From Octopus sinensis (taxonomy: Eukaryota), in NCBI RefSeq assembly GCF_006345805.1, contig NC_043004.1:71858001-71922000 (forward strand): DNA of 64,000 nt, in the 5' to 3' direction. Under the pieces are notes generated by a model, which was not told the DNA's origin, made no database searches, and saw nothing but the letters and a program-made list of their open reading frames with translations. The position numbers and the translations under genes are program-made. Shown here in pieces: positions 21,563-34,869 of this stretch (its first letter is position 1; each line of letters opens with the position of its first letter).

Positions 21563-24500
21563 TAATTGTTAAACAGGACAGCAAACATTAAGGCAAGGCA
21601 AATATCTCAAGTAACATACAATATTATTTTAGGAAAAATTCTAAATCTTACAGCTGTTTCTGAGATATCCCCGAGTGTGGGATGTTATTCCATCATCAGA
21701 GACAAAGAGGGAAGAAATAGGGAAATGAGAATGGTATATATTAATGAGATGATGACATAGAGAACGGGAATAAAAGAACAAGGAGATGGAAAGAAAGAAG
21801 AGAAAAGAAGCACAAACGTTCATAGTTCAACTTTCTGAAGTCATGGAAACCAGAGCATGAGTCCTTCAGTTCAATCCTGCATAGATCCATGTGGATTAAA
21901 TTCCTGATATAGTAGACAACCCCCCCCCCAAAAAAAAAGACGCGAACGTATCAAAGTTCAATAACAGTTATTGAACGTTGGTATGTTCGCAAGTGAGTGT
22001 CCTGTTTTTGCTCTTTCCAAACATCATTTCTCTCTCCTACTTTAATTCTGTCGGTGGGACGTATAATGATTCGCTTGTTTGCATCAATAAACTTCATTAC
22101 ATGACTGATGGTCTTCCGTAAACCAGTTGCCTTATTTCTGTCTTCAAAACTCATGATGGTACTTTCTTTGTTATTTCGGTTTTGTTTACCTTTTAAATAT
22201 CATTCATGTTCTGTTTTACAGTAGAAGACAGAGCATATAGACAGGTGTTAATCTGTCAGAATGTGGCCTCATCACGATGTTGTAAATACTTATCACCAAT
22301 TTCATTAACAACTTTTAATACCATATCTGGTGGGTTTTTTTACTTACTGTGATAGAGAATACTCTCTCCTCGGGAGAGCCCTTCAAAGCCAAATTAGTTT
22401 ATTTCTCGGAAAATTTCAGTAAGGGCACATTTCACAGGCATATAATCCTGACTACCACTACTACTACTATTACTACAATAATCGTTGCGGTTGTGCCTGC
22501 TAATTACCATAGTCGTAGTTGGGGGACAATGGTCAGTTAGTTGAGCCAGTAATGTAGTTTGGTTGGCAGGGATTATTGAATCCGCTGGGATATCACTAAA
22601 TGTGAAACCACGAGGTGGTCTTATATCGTCCACGTTTTCGTTTTTGCTTATTGAGTTGGTAAGAAGGTTAGTTTTCGATTTTTTAATAAAGTTACAATTA
22701 CTAACCTTCTTTCCATGTTCTGCAAATGTTGCTTCATGGCGTAGTTGTTTCGCAGTAAAATGATTTAATTCTGGATGCAGATCGTCCCAATATGATTTCA
22801 ATCGATTCGTATAGCCAACGGCGGGGTTTTGTTTCGCTTTTGCGTAGCAGTTAAAATAGATCAGTATTCAATTCATAACTCCAAGAGAAATCAGCTTTGT
22901 TATTACGCTTTCTTCTATTACAACAGCTAGAAAGAATCTGTTTATCTGTTGAGCTGTTATTTTCGTTTTGTTCCTCGATTGTGTTGTTGATTTTGTGTCC
23001 AGTCATGTTGTTTGTAGTAACTCTCTGCATGCTAAGTTCAAGTTTCAGTCGAAAATCACTACGATCGTGAATAAAAAGTTCCCTCGGTTAATTCATCTGA
23101 AGATTAACCAGTTATTTAACAAGGCTGATAGGTGTGGCTCCAAAGTTGGAGATATTATTCATCGTATTTTCGATTAATAGTCTTCCACGCCAAATACGAG
23201 ACGTGTCGCTTCTTATGTACTTTAGTTTGTCTGAATTGCAATATTTTAATATGGAAGATCTGTCTCTTGTTGAAGAGAAATTCGGGGCCTCCTAATAGGT
23301 CAGTTGGATTTAATAGCTTTAGGGTTCATCGTTTGTGTAGGTAACTTATAGTTGCTCAATATCCTTTTTGGTGATTTCGTTTTCTCTTATTTTATATAAG
23401 GGAGCAGAAAATTACTAAAGGCATTTAGCAATGTATTCTTTCTGTCCAGGTTGAAATCTCGCAGTATATTTACTGCTGTGTTTTCTTTGTGTAGGTCAGG
23501 CATTTTGATCTACATTTTTCAGCTCACCTACTAGTTGAAACGAGATACCATGTTTTGGAAGGATGGTGGATCAAACTTCTAAAATTGCTTTAGTTAAATA
23601 AGCGACATATCCAGGTGGCACTTTCTCTTCCTCACTTTGCGCTTCAAAACTGGAGTTAATAAACAGTTACCCACACCAAATACGCGACTTATCGCTTCGA
23701 ATGTATGTGTATGTTGAAATATTTCGTATCATGTCAAAACAATTTATTTTTAAAACCTTTACCCAATAAATCCCCTAACTCTAACTCCCACTCATAAATA
23801 ATATAACATTCAACTAGCTCTTCCATCCTTGACTAACTACGTACCCACGACCCCGTTGATAAAAATAACTCTACAGCCACTGACCTTAACCAAAACACAA
23901 GAAGTTACAGCTAAATTTTCTCCACAACTTTAGACTTTAAGACTACCAGACATCTACCTCTCTCTCTCAATTCTTTTTATTTTGCTCTATCTTTTTACCC
24001 TATTTTCCTCTACCTCCTCATCCTCTCTCTTATCTTCCTGGCTGCTCCGTACGCAATTCTTAGACACAATGCGCCTATACACTTTACTTTATTACAAGGC
24101 CAACCCTACACCCTCACTCTATCTATCTCTCTATTTCTTTTCTTTCCTTTTACCACTTAATAACCACCTCCGCTACCTTTCTGTTATTGAACATTGATAT
24201 GTTCGCGTCATTTTTTCTTGGGATGTCTACTATATCAGGAATTTAACCCAACTGGATATACTCAGGATTGCACCTAAGAACTTACGCTCATAGATCTGCG
24301 CCGGATTGCACCTAAGGACTCATACTCTGGTTTCTTCTATAACTTCGGAAAGTTGAACTATGAACTTTCATGCTTCTTTTTTCTTCTCTCTTTCTGTCTC
24401 CATATTCTTTTACTCCCTTCCACTATGTCGTCATCTCATTAATATATACCATTCTCGTTTTCTTAATTTATTTTCTATTTCTCTCCGATGAGGGAATAAT

Positions 24501-24621
24501 ATCCCATACTCGGGGATATCCCAGAAGCAGCTGTAAGATTTTGAATTGTTCCAAAAATAATATTGTATGTTACTCGAGATGTTTGCCTTGCCTTAATGTT
24601 TGTTGTCCTGTTTAACAATTA
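21563..24621. mobile_element. Inverted pair of hammerhead-containing PLE pseudo-LTRs (21563-21917 minus; about 24220-24621 plus) enclosing unrelated sequence
   Basis: Arms are reverse complements; CTGATGA...GAAACAGCTGTA core in the left arm, degenerate in the right arm. Confidence 0.75.
21950..22900 (-). pseudogene. N-terminal relic of an R4/Dong-like LINE ORF
   Basis: YAKAKQNPAVGYTNRLKSYWDDLHPELNHFTAKQLR; INTCLYA; LRKTISH resemble R4/Dong N-terminal motifs. Confidence 0.55.
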
Positions 24622-24825
24622 TATCCGCTGCATCGAAAATCCGCAATGGCTCCATAACTACCGTTTCGTCTATAACCTTGTACTCCTAGTAATCCGTTAC
24701 AGTACTTACCTAGCGTATCCAATCGTTTAGATCACCTGCAAACTAAACCCGCATATTTTGTGTGTACACACACACACACATATTGAGAAAAAGTCATCAG
24801 AATTTGGGGAAAAGATTTTTATTTA

Positions 24826-25015
24826 TTATTTATTATTAGCGCTTTCGTTCCTTTTCCGAAATTTTCAAGCAAAATTTTGTGAATGTACAAAGAGCTTGTT
24901 CATTTATATAAAACAGATGTTCTTTGGGGGTTTTATATAAATGAACAAGCTGTTTGTACATTCACAAAATTTCATTAGACAAGTTCGAGAAAGGAACGAA
25001 AGCGCTAATAATAAG
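24826..25015. repeat. ~85-bp-stem hairpin
   Basis: TTATTATTAGCGCTTTCGTTCCTTT...CTTGTTCATTTATATAAAAC pairs with GTTTTATATAAATGAACAAG...AAAGGAACGAAAGCGCTAATAATAA. Confidence 0.85.
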
Positions 25016-25398
25016 GAAGAAATAAAAAGATGTTTCCTGGAGCTAAATAACAGTAACGTTCCTCCCTTTCCTGGGACTGCCATATTAAGTTGGCCACAAA
25101 CTATCATTTTATCGTGCTGCTACTGTATAACTCCCTTTGAAAGATTTAGAAATGTAATATTTCTAATAAAAAGATGATTTTTCCAAAATTCTTGACATGT
25201 CCAACAATGCGTGACGCCTAAACCAATCAGCTCAACCAACCAATCAGCTTAGGTAATTGAGTGATACTACACACTGATTGGTCAGAATACAGTTTGCAAA
25301 ACCTAGCTTCTGGAGCCTACACAGCTGTATTTAAAGCACAGATTCAATCATCTCGCTACAGTCAAATATTGTGAAGCATGACTGTCACCACTACTACA

Positions 25399-25443
25399 TG
25401 AACCTGAAGATTGCAGAATTTAATGCATGAAAGTACTAGTTCA
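25399..25443 (+). ncRNA. Minimal hammerhead ribozyme motif
   Basis: TGAAC-CTGAAGA-TTGCA...TGCAT-GAAA-GTAC-TA-GTTCA; palindromic AGTACT stem III. Confidence 0.6.
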
Positions 25444-25564
25444 ATCAGAATGAACATTTAACATTCTATTATTTTATTTCATTTTATTATATTATATTAT
25501 ATTATCTTATATCATTATAAGATTGTAAATAAAACGTGAAAATCAGACAAGGTTGGAATTCCTC

Positions 25565-25635
<71 letters not shown>

Positions 25636-25639
<4 letters not shown>

Positions 25640-26905
25640 GTTGTCCGGAAAGTTCTTGCCGATTTATAATAGCTTACCTTTCGACTTATTTTAGAACATG
25701 GTTTAGTCCATAAAATACACCTCCTTTGACTACACCTCCATTTAGAACACAGTTTAAGCTATCTTTTCGTGGAAGAAGATTTATGTTCCTATAACCTGTG
25801 TTAATTCTGTAACCCTTTAAAATGGAAGATAAAGAAGTTCATTTTCGGCACGTGATGCTTTTCTTTTTCCGTAAAGGGAAAAATGCCTCACATGCAACCA
25901 AAGAAATATGCGCAATTTACGGTGATGTTTCTTTATCCGAAAGAACTGTACGGAAGTGGTTCGCAAGGTTCCGAGCTGGAGATTGTAGCCTTATTGATAA
26001 AGAGCGATCAGGCAGACCATCCACTGCAGATGATGACCAAATCAAGTCATTCATTGAGAATAACCGACATTGCGCAACCCGAGAATTGGCAGAAAGCCTC
26101 AACCTATCAAAATCCGTCGTTTATGAGCACCTGGTAAAGCTACGATGTTTGGGTACCACATGAGTTGAATGAGAAGAAGCTTTTGGATCGCATTTCCATC
26201 TGTGATTCGCTTTATAAACGGAATGAAAACTCACCTTTTTTAAAGCAAATTGTGACAGGTGATGAGAAATGGATTATCTACCGAAATACTCAGAGAAAGC
26301 GATCCTAGAGTAAATGACATTCGACACCCTTAGCCACCCCAAAAGCGGGTCTTCACCCTAAAAAAGTCTTGCTTTGTGTCTGGTAGGATCGGAAAGGAAT
26401 TTTGTACTATGAACTTCTCCCAAGTAACCAGACAATTAATTCTGAGAAATACTGCACACAGCTGGACGAGTTAAAAGCAGCAATTCAAGAGAAACGTCTA
26501 GAATCGGCCAACAGGAAGGGCATTGTTTTCCAACATGATAATGCAAGACCGCACGTTTCTTTGGGAACCAGATAAAAATTGCTGCAGCTCGGCTGGGATA
26601 TGTTACCCCATCCTCCATATTCACCAGATATTGCTCCTTCGGATTTCCACTTATTCAGGTCTCTACAGAATAGTTTTGATGGTAAAAATTTCAATTCCGT
26701 GGATGATGTAAAAATATACGATGATGAATATTTTGCGATGAAACCATCTCAATTCTGGGAGAGGGTATTTTCAAGTTAAAGGAAAGATGGCGAGGCATTG
26801 TGCAACAAAATGGGTCACATTTGGTTGATTAAAAATGTAGTATCATGTATTTATTGACCTTTTTCTTTCCTTTAAAAATCGGCACGAACTTTGCGGACAA
26901 CCCGA
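25636..26905 (+). mobile_element. Full-length mariner (D,D34D) with inactivated transposase
   Basis: ~30-bp TIRs TTGGGTTGTCCGGAAAGTTC.TGCCGATTT, TA on both sides, 1270 bp; motifs WVPHEL, TGDEKW, HDNARPH, YSPDIAPSDFHLF; frameshifts and stops. Confidence 0.95.
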
Positions 26906-26926
26906 TATATATATACACGCACACAC

Positions 26927-26997
<71 letters not shown>

Positions 26998-27021
26998 CAC
27001 ACATAAATAAATATATATATA

Positions 27022-28140
27022 TATATAATCAAAATAAGCAACAAGAATGACTCCGGTAATTTGGTACGATCGTTTCGTACTACATCATTTTATTAAATGT
27101 TTTAAGTATTACAACATTTTTAAAATGCTGAGCACTCATCAGCCAATTATAGAAGTTTTCCATTAATACAAACATTTTCATATCAAGTGGCAACATTATA
27201 GAGAAGGTAGATACATAGACAAAGATGTTGATTTAAATTTTAAGAACATTTGAGGTAGTGGAGCCCATCAACTGACTGACTAAGATCCAGTTGTTCCATT
27301 AATATCAACTCAGTATCCATGAAATTTGAATAATTTTCTCTTCTAATTACCTCTCTTCATATTATAAAATATCGTCTTCTACTATACCTATGAATATCTT
27401 CCTTCTTTGATTTTCCCTCTTCCATCTTTCTTAGTATATATTTTGACCCCTAATATGTTCACTTGATTAATAAGGTTTTTTCCCCCAGTTAATAAGTACT
27501 ATGCCTACTCATAATAAGTGATAGTCTCTTTCTCCAAATTTGAATAAATTTTAGATTTATATTTTTCCTTTATTCTAACGTGTCAAAGTACTTGGAACTT
27601 ATAGACCAACTGTCGTGATGATATGCGTAGGGTTTGTAAGATCTCTGCATTCTCTGTGAATGTTATTGTGACCATTTGACATTGACCTAGTTCTCCTAAC
27701 GCCGAATCTGTTCATCAAATAGTAGTAATTGGCATTTAGTTGTGACAATGCAGTCTTCTACATAAATTCCTTATATGGAGCTATGACATCCCTTTTACCC
27801 CATTTCTATAATTAGAAAATCTTTATTACCTCCTTTTGTTTGTTCTTCCCTCTCAGAACGTTACAGTAGTCTGGAACAACTGAATCTTAGTCAGTCAGTT
27901 GATGGGCTCCACTACCCCAAATGTTCTTAAAATTTAAATCAACATATTTGTCTATGTATCTACCTTCTCTATAATGTTGATATGAACATTTTTGTATTAA
28001 TGGAAAACCTCCATAATTGGCTGATGAGTGATCAACATTTTAAAACTGTTGTAATGCTTACAACATTTCATAAAATGATGTAGTACGAAACGATCGTACC
28101 AAATTACCGGAGTCTTTCTTGTTGCTTATTTTGATTATAC
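27022..28140 (+). mobile_element. PLE 3' remnant with ~270-bp inverted pseudo-LTR arms and a hammerhead (28015-28105)
   Basis: 27022-27295 is the reverse complement of about 27875-28140; AATTGG-CTGATGA...GAAAC-GATC-GTA-CCAAATT. Confidence 0.8.
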
Positions 28141-28520
28141 TCACCCCACGGATTTTTATGGATACAGAATTCTGGTGCATCTAAATTAAGTACCATATTC
28201 ATTTGAATCTAAATTTTTGCTGAACTTATATATATATATATACACACACACACTTATACATATACATGCTGCACAGATGATACGTTAATGCGAATGAAAT
28301 ACTTGTGCTGTACAATGACACAGTAAGCCACAAATAATTAGAGACCAACGTGAAATGTGTTTTGTTCAAGAATAGAACGCATCATTGGTTCGCAAGACAC
28401 AATCTTGCAATCGGGAATGCAACCGTAACCATTAGTTCACGCTTTCATACACACACACACACACGCACAAACACACACACACAAACACACACACACACAA
28501 ACACACACAGACACTTTCAC

Positions 28521-28606
28521 CTTGTTCGATTTGTTTTCGTCACAACCTAATAATCTGCAATATTTCCGTGCGTCTGATCTGTTTTCGACAATAAGAGCTA
28601 ACCTTA
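28521..28606 (-). CDS. Candidate exon of the host gene (LRLALIVENRSDARKYCRLLGCDENKSNK)
   Basis: TTTTCAG acceptor, GTGAAA donor, 86 nt, phase 1 to 0; in frame with the candidate exon at 28850-28935. Confidence 0.5.
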
Positions 28607-28849
28607 CTGAAAAGCAATAAGATGCGACGTTATCAATTCTGCCATCATATTTCTCTGTTTAAAAAAAGGCGTATAAATAATCACATTCATACGTATGTCT
28701 GCATGTATGTATGTCTGTACTTACGTATGTCTGTCTGTCTGTCTGTATGTATGTATATATATATATATGTTTGTATGTATGTGTTTGTGTGTATGCTTAC
28801 ACACACACACTCATACAATAAGAATAGTTAACAATACAAAATTACTTAC

Positions 28850-28935
28850 GCACAGCTGTAAACTTTTGTGAGTACTTCATCATACCATCGCATAACAGAA
28901 GCCATTGCCTTAGACCGCTATGCGGGAATTTGTTT
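28850..28935 (-). CDS. Candidate exon of the host gene (KNKFPHSGLRQWLLLCDGMMKYSQKFTAV)
   Basis: Strong GTAAGT donor, weak ATTAG acceptor, 86 nt, phase 2 to 1; matches the phase-2 end of exon 34471-34625. Confidence 0.45.
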
Positions 28936-29105
28936 CTAATTTCAAAGCAAGGTTGACTGAAACTAACAAATATGAGAAATGAGAGTTTAAGCATAATTCT
29001 ATAAAGTTTATTATGAAGTCTTTTACGATTGTTCTTATGACTATCAGTTTTGTCACCTTTCCATCAACGGCATAAGTGAATGCATGAAATACAAGTACCA
29101 TAATA

Positions 29106-29157
<52 letters not shown>

Positions 29158-29159
29158 CA

Positions 29160-30950
29160 CCTACTTCCTCCCATCCTCCTTTCCTCTCATGCTCCGACTC
29201 CAACTTCTCTTCACTCCAAACCATCTTCTCCTTCCCCTTACAGTCACCCCTCCCTCGTAAGCCCAGCCTAGCCCCACCCCTACACATTCCAACCCCACCT
29301 TCCCTATCCTTCCCATCCCACTCCAGCTCTTACACCCACTCCCACATATCCCACTTCTACCCCCACCCTCGGCCTAACCCACAACCACCCTTGCTTTCCC
29401 CACACTCGGCTCCATCACCTCCCAACACCATCGCACCACACCTCACACCACTACACTATACTCCACCATACAACACAACACATCACATCACAACACAAAA
29501 CCACGTACACAGCACTGACCACTTTCCAGTCCCACATTTTCACACCTACACATACAACACATACACACACGCACAAGTCAAGATCACCAGCCCTCTTCCA
29601 CACGCACATACAAACACTCTTATACATACGCACGCGCACCTTCGTTTTGGTATCACCACCACTTTATTATCTCCCCTTCACCCTAGCTCTCCTGTGTGAC
29701 CTTTCTGTCTGGCATTCGCCAAGATAGATCGCTAGTCACTACACATTCTATATTTTCTCTCCTTGTTTCTTTCTGTGCTCCTTTCTGTGGACGAGCGTAG
29801 GCTCGCAACGTTAATGACTTTTTCACTTCCCGAGCGCTATACTGATACATCTGTTTGTTGTCTACACCACCTGTCTTCGTCTTTTGTTTTTCATTTGTCT
29901 ATTACTGTTCTTATTTTATCCTCTGTCCATTGCCGGGAAGTCTTTCGTCACAATTTTGTGACCTCTTCAGTGACCTTTTCCATCCACGTGTATCCGTCTA
30001 CTTCACTTAATGCATCAGGGATCTTGTAACACACATTTATATATAGATTGCAAAGATAATCTGGAACTCGACTGAGGATAGAAAACTCCGAATGGCCCCT
30101 CATTATTTTCTTTGTATCGCCTGTCTGGATGTTTTCTTGTCCCTTTTTTGTATCACCTAACTGTTTGGATGTTTTGCGTTCTTGTCCTATTTTTGTATTT
30201 TTTTAATATAAATTATAGTGGCGCATGTACACTTTGCTCTCTTATATGTAAGTATATATATCTAAATTTTGTACGAATCTCTTATTCTTTCTATTCTTTC
30301 ATTTTCCTTCTTTCTATCATCCCCTTCACACTTCGTTCATTCCACTCTTCGTTCTTTCGTTCTCTCTCTCTCACATTTCCTGGCCTTCTCTTCATGCTCA
30401 CTTTCCCTCCTCTTTCACTTCATTGTGTCTCTTTCATATATTCTCGCCCCTCCTTAATTCTTCCATCCCTCTATCTCTACCCTCTCTCTTCCCTCCCCAT
30501 TTGACCGGTGTTCGACCGAGCATGATATTTCTTTCTTGGTTCGATTACCATCCGCGCAACATCTATATTCCTCCCCGTGTCTGCCTAAACATATGTTCTG
30601 CCATAAGGCTTTACTTCCACACATGCCACTTAATTTAATTCGTCCTTGGTCGAAAGACACCTGTTATGTCCTGTTAAATGCATTTATATTTGTGTAACAT
30701 TTCTCCGTTTTTTCCGTCCTTGTTTTCGTATACATTCGCTGCTTTCTTCCAAGGAAACTAATCCTCTTTGCTTAGTTTTTCCTTGGGGCTGGCCAGATTG
30801 GAGCAATCACGAGTATAACCAGCCGAAATTGCAAAGAAAAATCTGTAACTCGACTGAGGATAGAAAACCCCGAATGACCCGTCATTGTTTTCTTTGTATC
30901 GTCTGCGTGGAGGTTTTGCATTCTTGTCCCATTTTTGTATTTCATATATA
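29160..30950 (+). mobile_element. Cluster of PLE 3' UTR and pseudo-LTR remnants
   Basis: C/A-rich tract, pseudo-LTR at 29770-29895, direct repeat TGCAAAGA.AATCTG.AACTCGACTGAGGATAGAAAAC at about 30048 and 30830. Confidence 0.55.
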
Positions 30951-31302
30951 TATATATATATATGAAATACATATAAATTACGACTAATGTATATAATTTA
31001 AACTTTAATTTCCTTTATATTTAACATTCACTATTAATATCCCTACTCTTTCTGTAAGCTACTTATGACGTTATATCATATAACGTTTTTTTAAACAATA
31101 GCATTCTCTCAATCGCTATACAAATCCATCATTTTCTGCTAAAATGTCTTATTGACGAGTTTCGTTTTTTTCACTTTCCTGGGGAGAAGATTGCATTGTT
31201 TATACCATTTATTCTTTTGAATAGTATCAATGGAATTTTCGAAACATGTGTCGAAAGTAAAAATATTTGATTACACCTGCGTTAAACCCCATTTATTTAT
31301 TC

Positions 31303-31384
<82 letters not shown>

Positions 31385-31469
31385 AAAAAAGAACTGAGTT
31401 TCAGTTGAATTATGTATTTAAGTTTAAGCGCTAAATCAGTCCGGTATTATCCATACATTTCGAATGAGA

Positions 31470-31600
31470 ATAAAAACAAAATAAGCAACAGGATATCAAG
31501 AATTGATTCAGTTCGACCGTTTCGAGCGACTCCATGTAATTGAACAATGCAAGCATTACATCAATTTATATGCAAAGCTATCATCAGCTGCACAAATAAA
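31470..31600 (-). mobile_element. PLE pseudo-LTR remnant with hammerhead-like core
   Basis: Minus strand CAG-CTGATGA-TAGC...GCTC-GAAAC-GGTC; end AAAATAAGCAACA shared with 27030. Confidence 0.5.
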
Positions 31601-32364
31601 TAGAATTTTAATCAGTTGGACACATTAATATAATTTTTCTCAAATACTTTAACAGAACAAGAAGATGGAAGAAATAAATGTTGTCGCTATTGTATCTAAG
31701 AATAGACTACACTTCCAAGAAAGGCATACAACCCACTGGGTCCATAGCTTCTAAAGAATTGTGGTTCACTTCTAATTTATTTGTCTTTTTATTTACTAGA
31801 TCTAAGACTATAGGACTGTGTCTGTTTGGGATGAAGTGCAAGAGTGTGTTGACAGCTTATGGCTAGGTATAGTCATAAATATTGTCAAAACATTAGGATT
31901 AGTAAATTGGGTATAGATTAACTGTCTATAATAGGAGGCTGGATAGAGGAAGATCCTAAATCATTAAGTTAATTACCAGTTAAATCGGCAAGACGCTAGT
32001 AAAACCTATGATGTTAATACAGAGGAAATTTTATCTTGGAGTACTATTGGTGATTGTTTATAAACAATATTGTTATGTTGTATACAAATAAAATTTAATA
32101 TTATCAAAAATGATATCATAACTAAAATGTGTGTATATGTCGTGTCTTGTCGGGGAACACCAACTCCTCCGAGATGTTATACCACCGACATTTAGCTTTA
32201 GGAAACATCGACGTCTCCTGTGGTGTAATTTTCTTACGGGACTGTCACATTGAGTTGACAGTATACGACCACTATATCGCTCCACCACCGCTTAAGTCTC
32301 TCTGAAATTCAATATTTCTAATTTCGGTGATCAATAAATATATTTTACTGATAATATGATATAT

Positions 32365-34020
32365 TTGCAGAGAGGTTGCAGTCATCTCAGCGAGCGAGGC
32401 CGGTGACCCTGAACTGTGTTTGTGTCGGTTTTTCGGATTTGCGGTTGTGAGTTGAATTTTGTTGATTGTTGTTGTTGAGAACTGTTGCATCGTGTTGAAT
32501 TGTTGAATTTTTTGTTGGGTATGCAAGCTCAAACTTATGCGGGAGCAGCAGGCAAGGGCCTGGCTGCGAACAAATTACAGTTGGAAGAAATAATCATAGA
32601 GAAGGAAAATTTGAGGAAATACTACGACAGCTTCAAGAAGGAAGGAGACTGTCTGAGGGTTACACTACCTGAAGACGAAGTGAAAAAAGTGGAGAAAAAA
32701 ACCCGTAACATACAGCACATGGAATGTGGTCTCAAAGAGAATAGAAGTAGCAGAGGTGGAAGAGATTGAAAAATGTCTACAAGAAATTAAAGGCATAGAG
32801 GTAGAAAATACGCTACGGTAGACGTTCGCTTTGAAAATGAAGACGAAGTGAAAAGAAACGCAACGACAGTGTTGAGATCGGAAAAATGGGTTTTACTCCC
32901 TAGTTATTGTGAAAAAAGAGCAGTGAGGATACGAATAAGCAAAATCCCACCGAAACTTGATACCGAAAGAATACTAGAATAATCTACAACAGCAAGGAGA
33001 ACTTGGATATACTTAAGGTGGAAAAGTCGAATGAAATAAACTGGTGGGGTTATGCGGTGCAAGTCGTAGTTCACATAACCATGCCAGATTTGTATAACAT
33101 CCCGGAGGAGTTGGTGTTCTCCGACAAGACACGTCTGAGAGTCGTGGTGAAGGGGAGACCTCCAGTGTGTTATAAATGTAAGAAAAGAGGGCACATGAAA
33201 GATGTGTGTCCTGAAGGAGAAATACAAGAGAAGATGACACTGGAGGAAGCAATAAAAGCTTTGACAGAGGATTTAGGATATAATATGGAAAGTGACGACG
33301 AGTTACTGAAGGAGAAAGAAGAGGAAAGAACAGAAGAAAAAGAGGATAGAAAGCGAACACGGGTGGAATCACCACCCAAAGACCAAAAAAAGAAAAAAAA
33401 CTAAAAAGAAGTATGCTGACGAGACAGGATCGAACGCACGAAGGGAGAGATACAGCAATTAAAGTGAGTGAAGGTTCGAGTTGGGAGGAAGTGATAAAAT
33501 GGTCAACAAAAGTGGAAAAATGTCTGAAAACATGCAAGGAAGGATGAAGACCCAAAGGAAAGAATCTCAGAGCTGTAATATTGTACACAAAAGATAAAGA
33601 AATTGAGAAAAAATTAGCAGTAATGAAAAATCTAACGAGAGTGAAATTGAACCCGAGGATGTACGATAACCACACAAAGGCTGCAATAGTGGAAAAAGAG
33701 ACGGTAAATAAATTTTAAAAATTGTTTTCAGATACAGTTGTAACCATAAAGTATTACGTTCGATATAACAGATTGCCTGGAGTTATAGAGCAAGATGAAT
33801 TACTCGTTTACATAACGGACGAACACCCCAGATAGTATAACTGTAATATAAATGAAACTGAGAGCTTTGTAGGGCTCGTAAGCCATTTCATTTAATTCAT
33901 TGTTATTAATTCATTTCATTTCATATCACCCTTTTTATTTTTATTATATGTACCCCATGTCCTGTATTGTATTGTTATGTCCCCTCTTCAGTCAGGCCAT
34001 TGTGCCTATAATAAAGAAAA
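32365..34020 (+). mobile_element. ORF1-only element, copy D (pseudogenised ORF about 32521-33835)
   Basis: MQAQTYAGAAGK..KKEGD..IEKCL..RGRKYATVDVRF..PSYCEKRAVRIRISKIP..VVVKGRPPVCYKCKKRGHMKDVC, charged linker, C-terminal domain, 3' tail AGGCCATTGTGCCTATAATAAAGAAAA; no ORF2. Confidence 0.8.
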
Positions 34021-34470
34021 TGTGTCAAAGCCGACTGGAGACGTCGATGATTCCTAGGGCTAAATGGTGGTGGTGTAATTCCCTTACGGGACTGTCACAT
34101 TGAGTTGACAGTATACGACCACTATATCGCTCCATCACCGCTTATGTCTCTCTGAGACATATAGAAATCCAATATTTGTAATATATACATATGTATGCAT
34201 CTGTGTTGTGTGTGAGAGGGTGTGTGGTGTGTTACGAATAATTAGGTGGCAAGCTGGTAGAATAGTTAGACATCCACTAATCCCTTACACAATTTATTCC
34301 CTTCTCTCAAAAACAGAAACAATTATTATAATCATTTATATAACGGATGAATTTCTCGTGGTTGCTTGGTTTCTGACCTCAGTTTTGAGTGTGACTTAGT
34401 GAAATCATTTATCATCAAATCATTGTGTTACTTAAAAAACAACGTAAGAAAGAAACAGGATAATATATAC

Positions 34471-34625
34471 TTATTATTGAAAAGGAATTCCTCTTTGTCA
34501 TTAAATATCCATGTGCCTGGAGAAATAACTTTATCTACCTCGAACCACGATGAAGCATTCGACCCCGTTCCATTGAAAGATAAACGTTGAACAACATCGG
34601 AATCGTGTTTCAGATTTAATCTCAC
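34471..34625 (-). CDS. Host gene exon (VRLNLKHDSDVVQRLSFNGTGSNASSWFEVDKVISPGTWIFNDKEEFLFNN)
   Basis: TTCTACTTGCAG acceptor, GTATAT donor, 155 nt, phase 0 to 2; FNG.GS...SWF...W motif recalls an uncharacterised invertebrate extracellular domain. Confidence 0.75.
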
Positions 34626-34869
34626 CTGCAAGTAGAAAGGAAAGGAGGATTAGGAAATAATCTGAGATAAAGGGGACGGGAAAGAGAGAAAGAGAAAGAG
34701 AGAGAGAGAGAGAGTTGGAGGGAGAGAGGACGCAAATAGAAGACACGGATAAAGAGTGAGAGAGTGTGAGTGAGTGTGGATACATATAAAGAAAAAGAGA
34801 GTGAGGGTAGAGGAGAAAGTGACTGAAGAGATAGAGAGGGAGAGAAAAGCGAAGAAGGAAAATGGTAGA

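Noticed and set aside
25822-26830. Active or domesticated mariner transposase
   Set aside because: Multiple frameshifts and in-frame stops.
32220-34154. Gag-only LTR retrotransposon with 85-bp LTRs
   Set aside because: No TG...CA ends, PBS or PPT were seen; the repeat occurs independently at 12.3-12.7 kb, and other family copies lack it.
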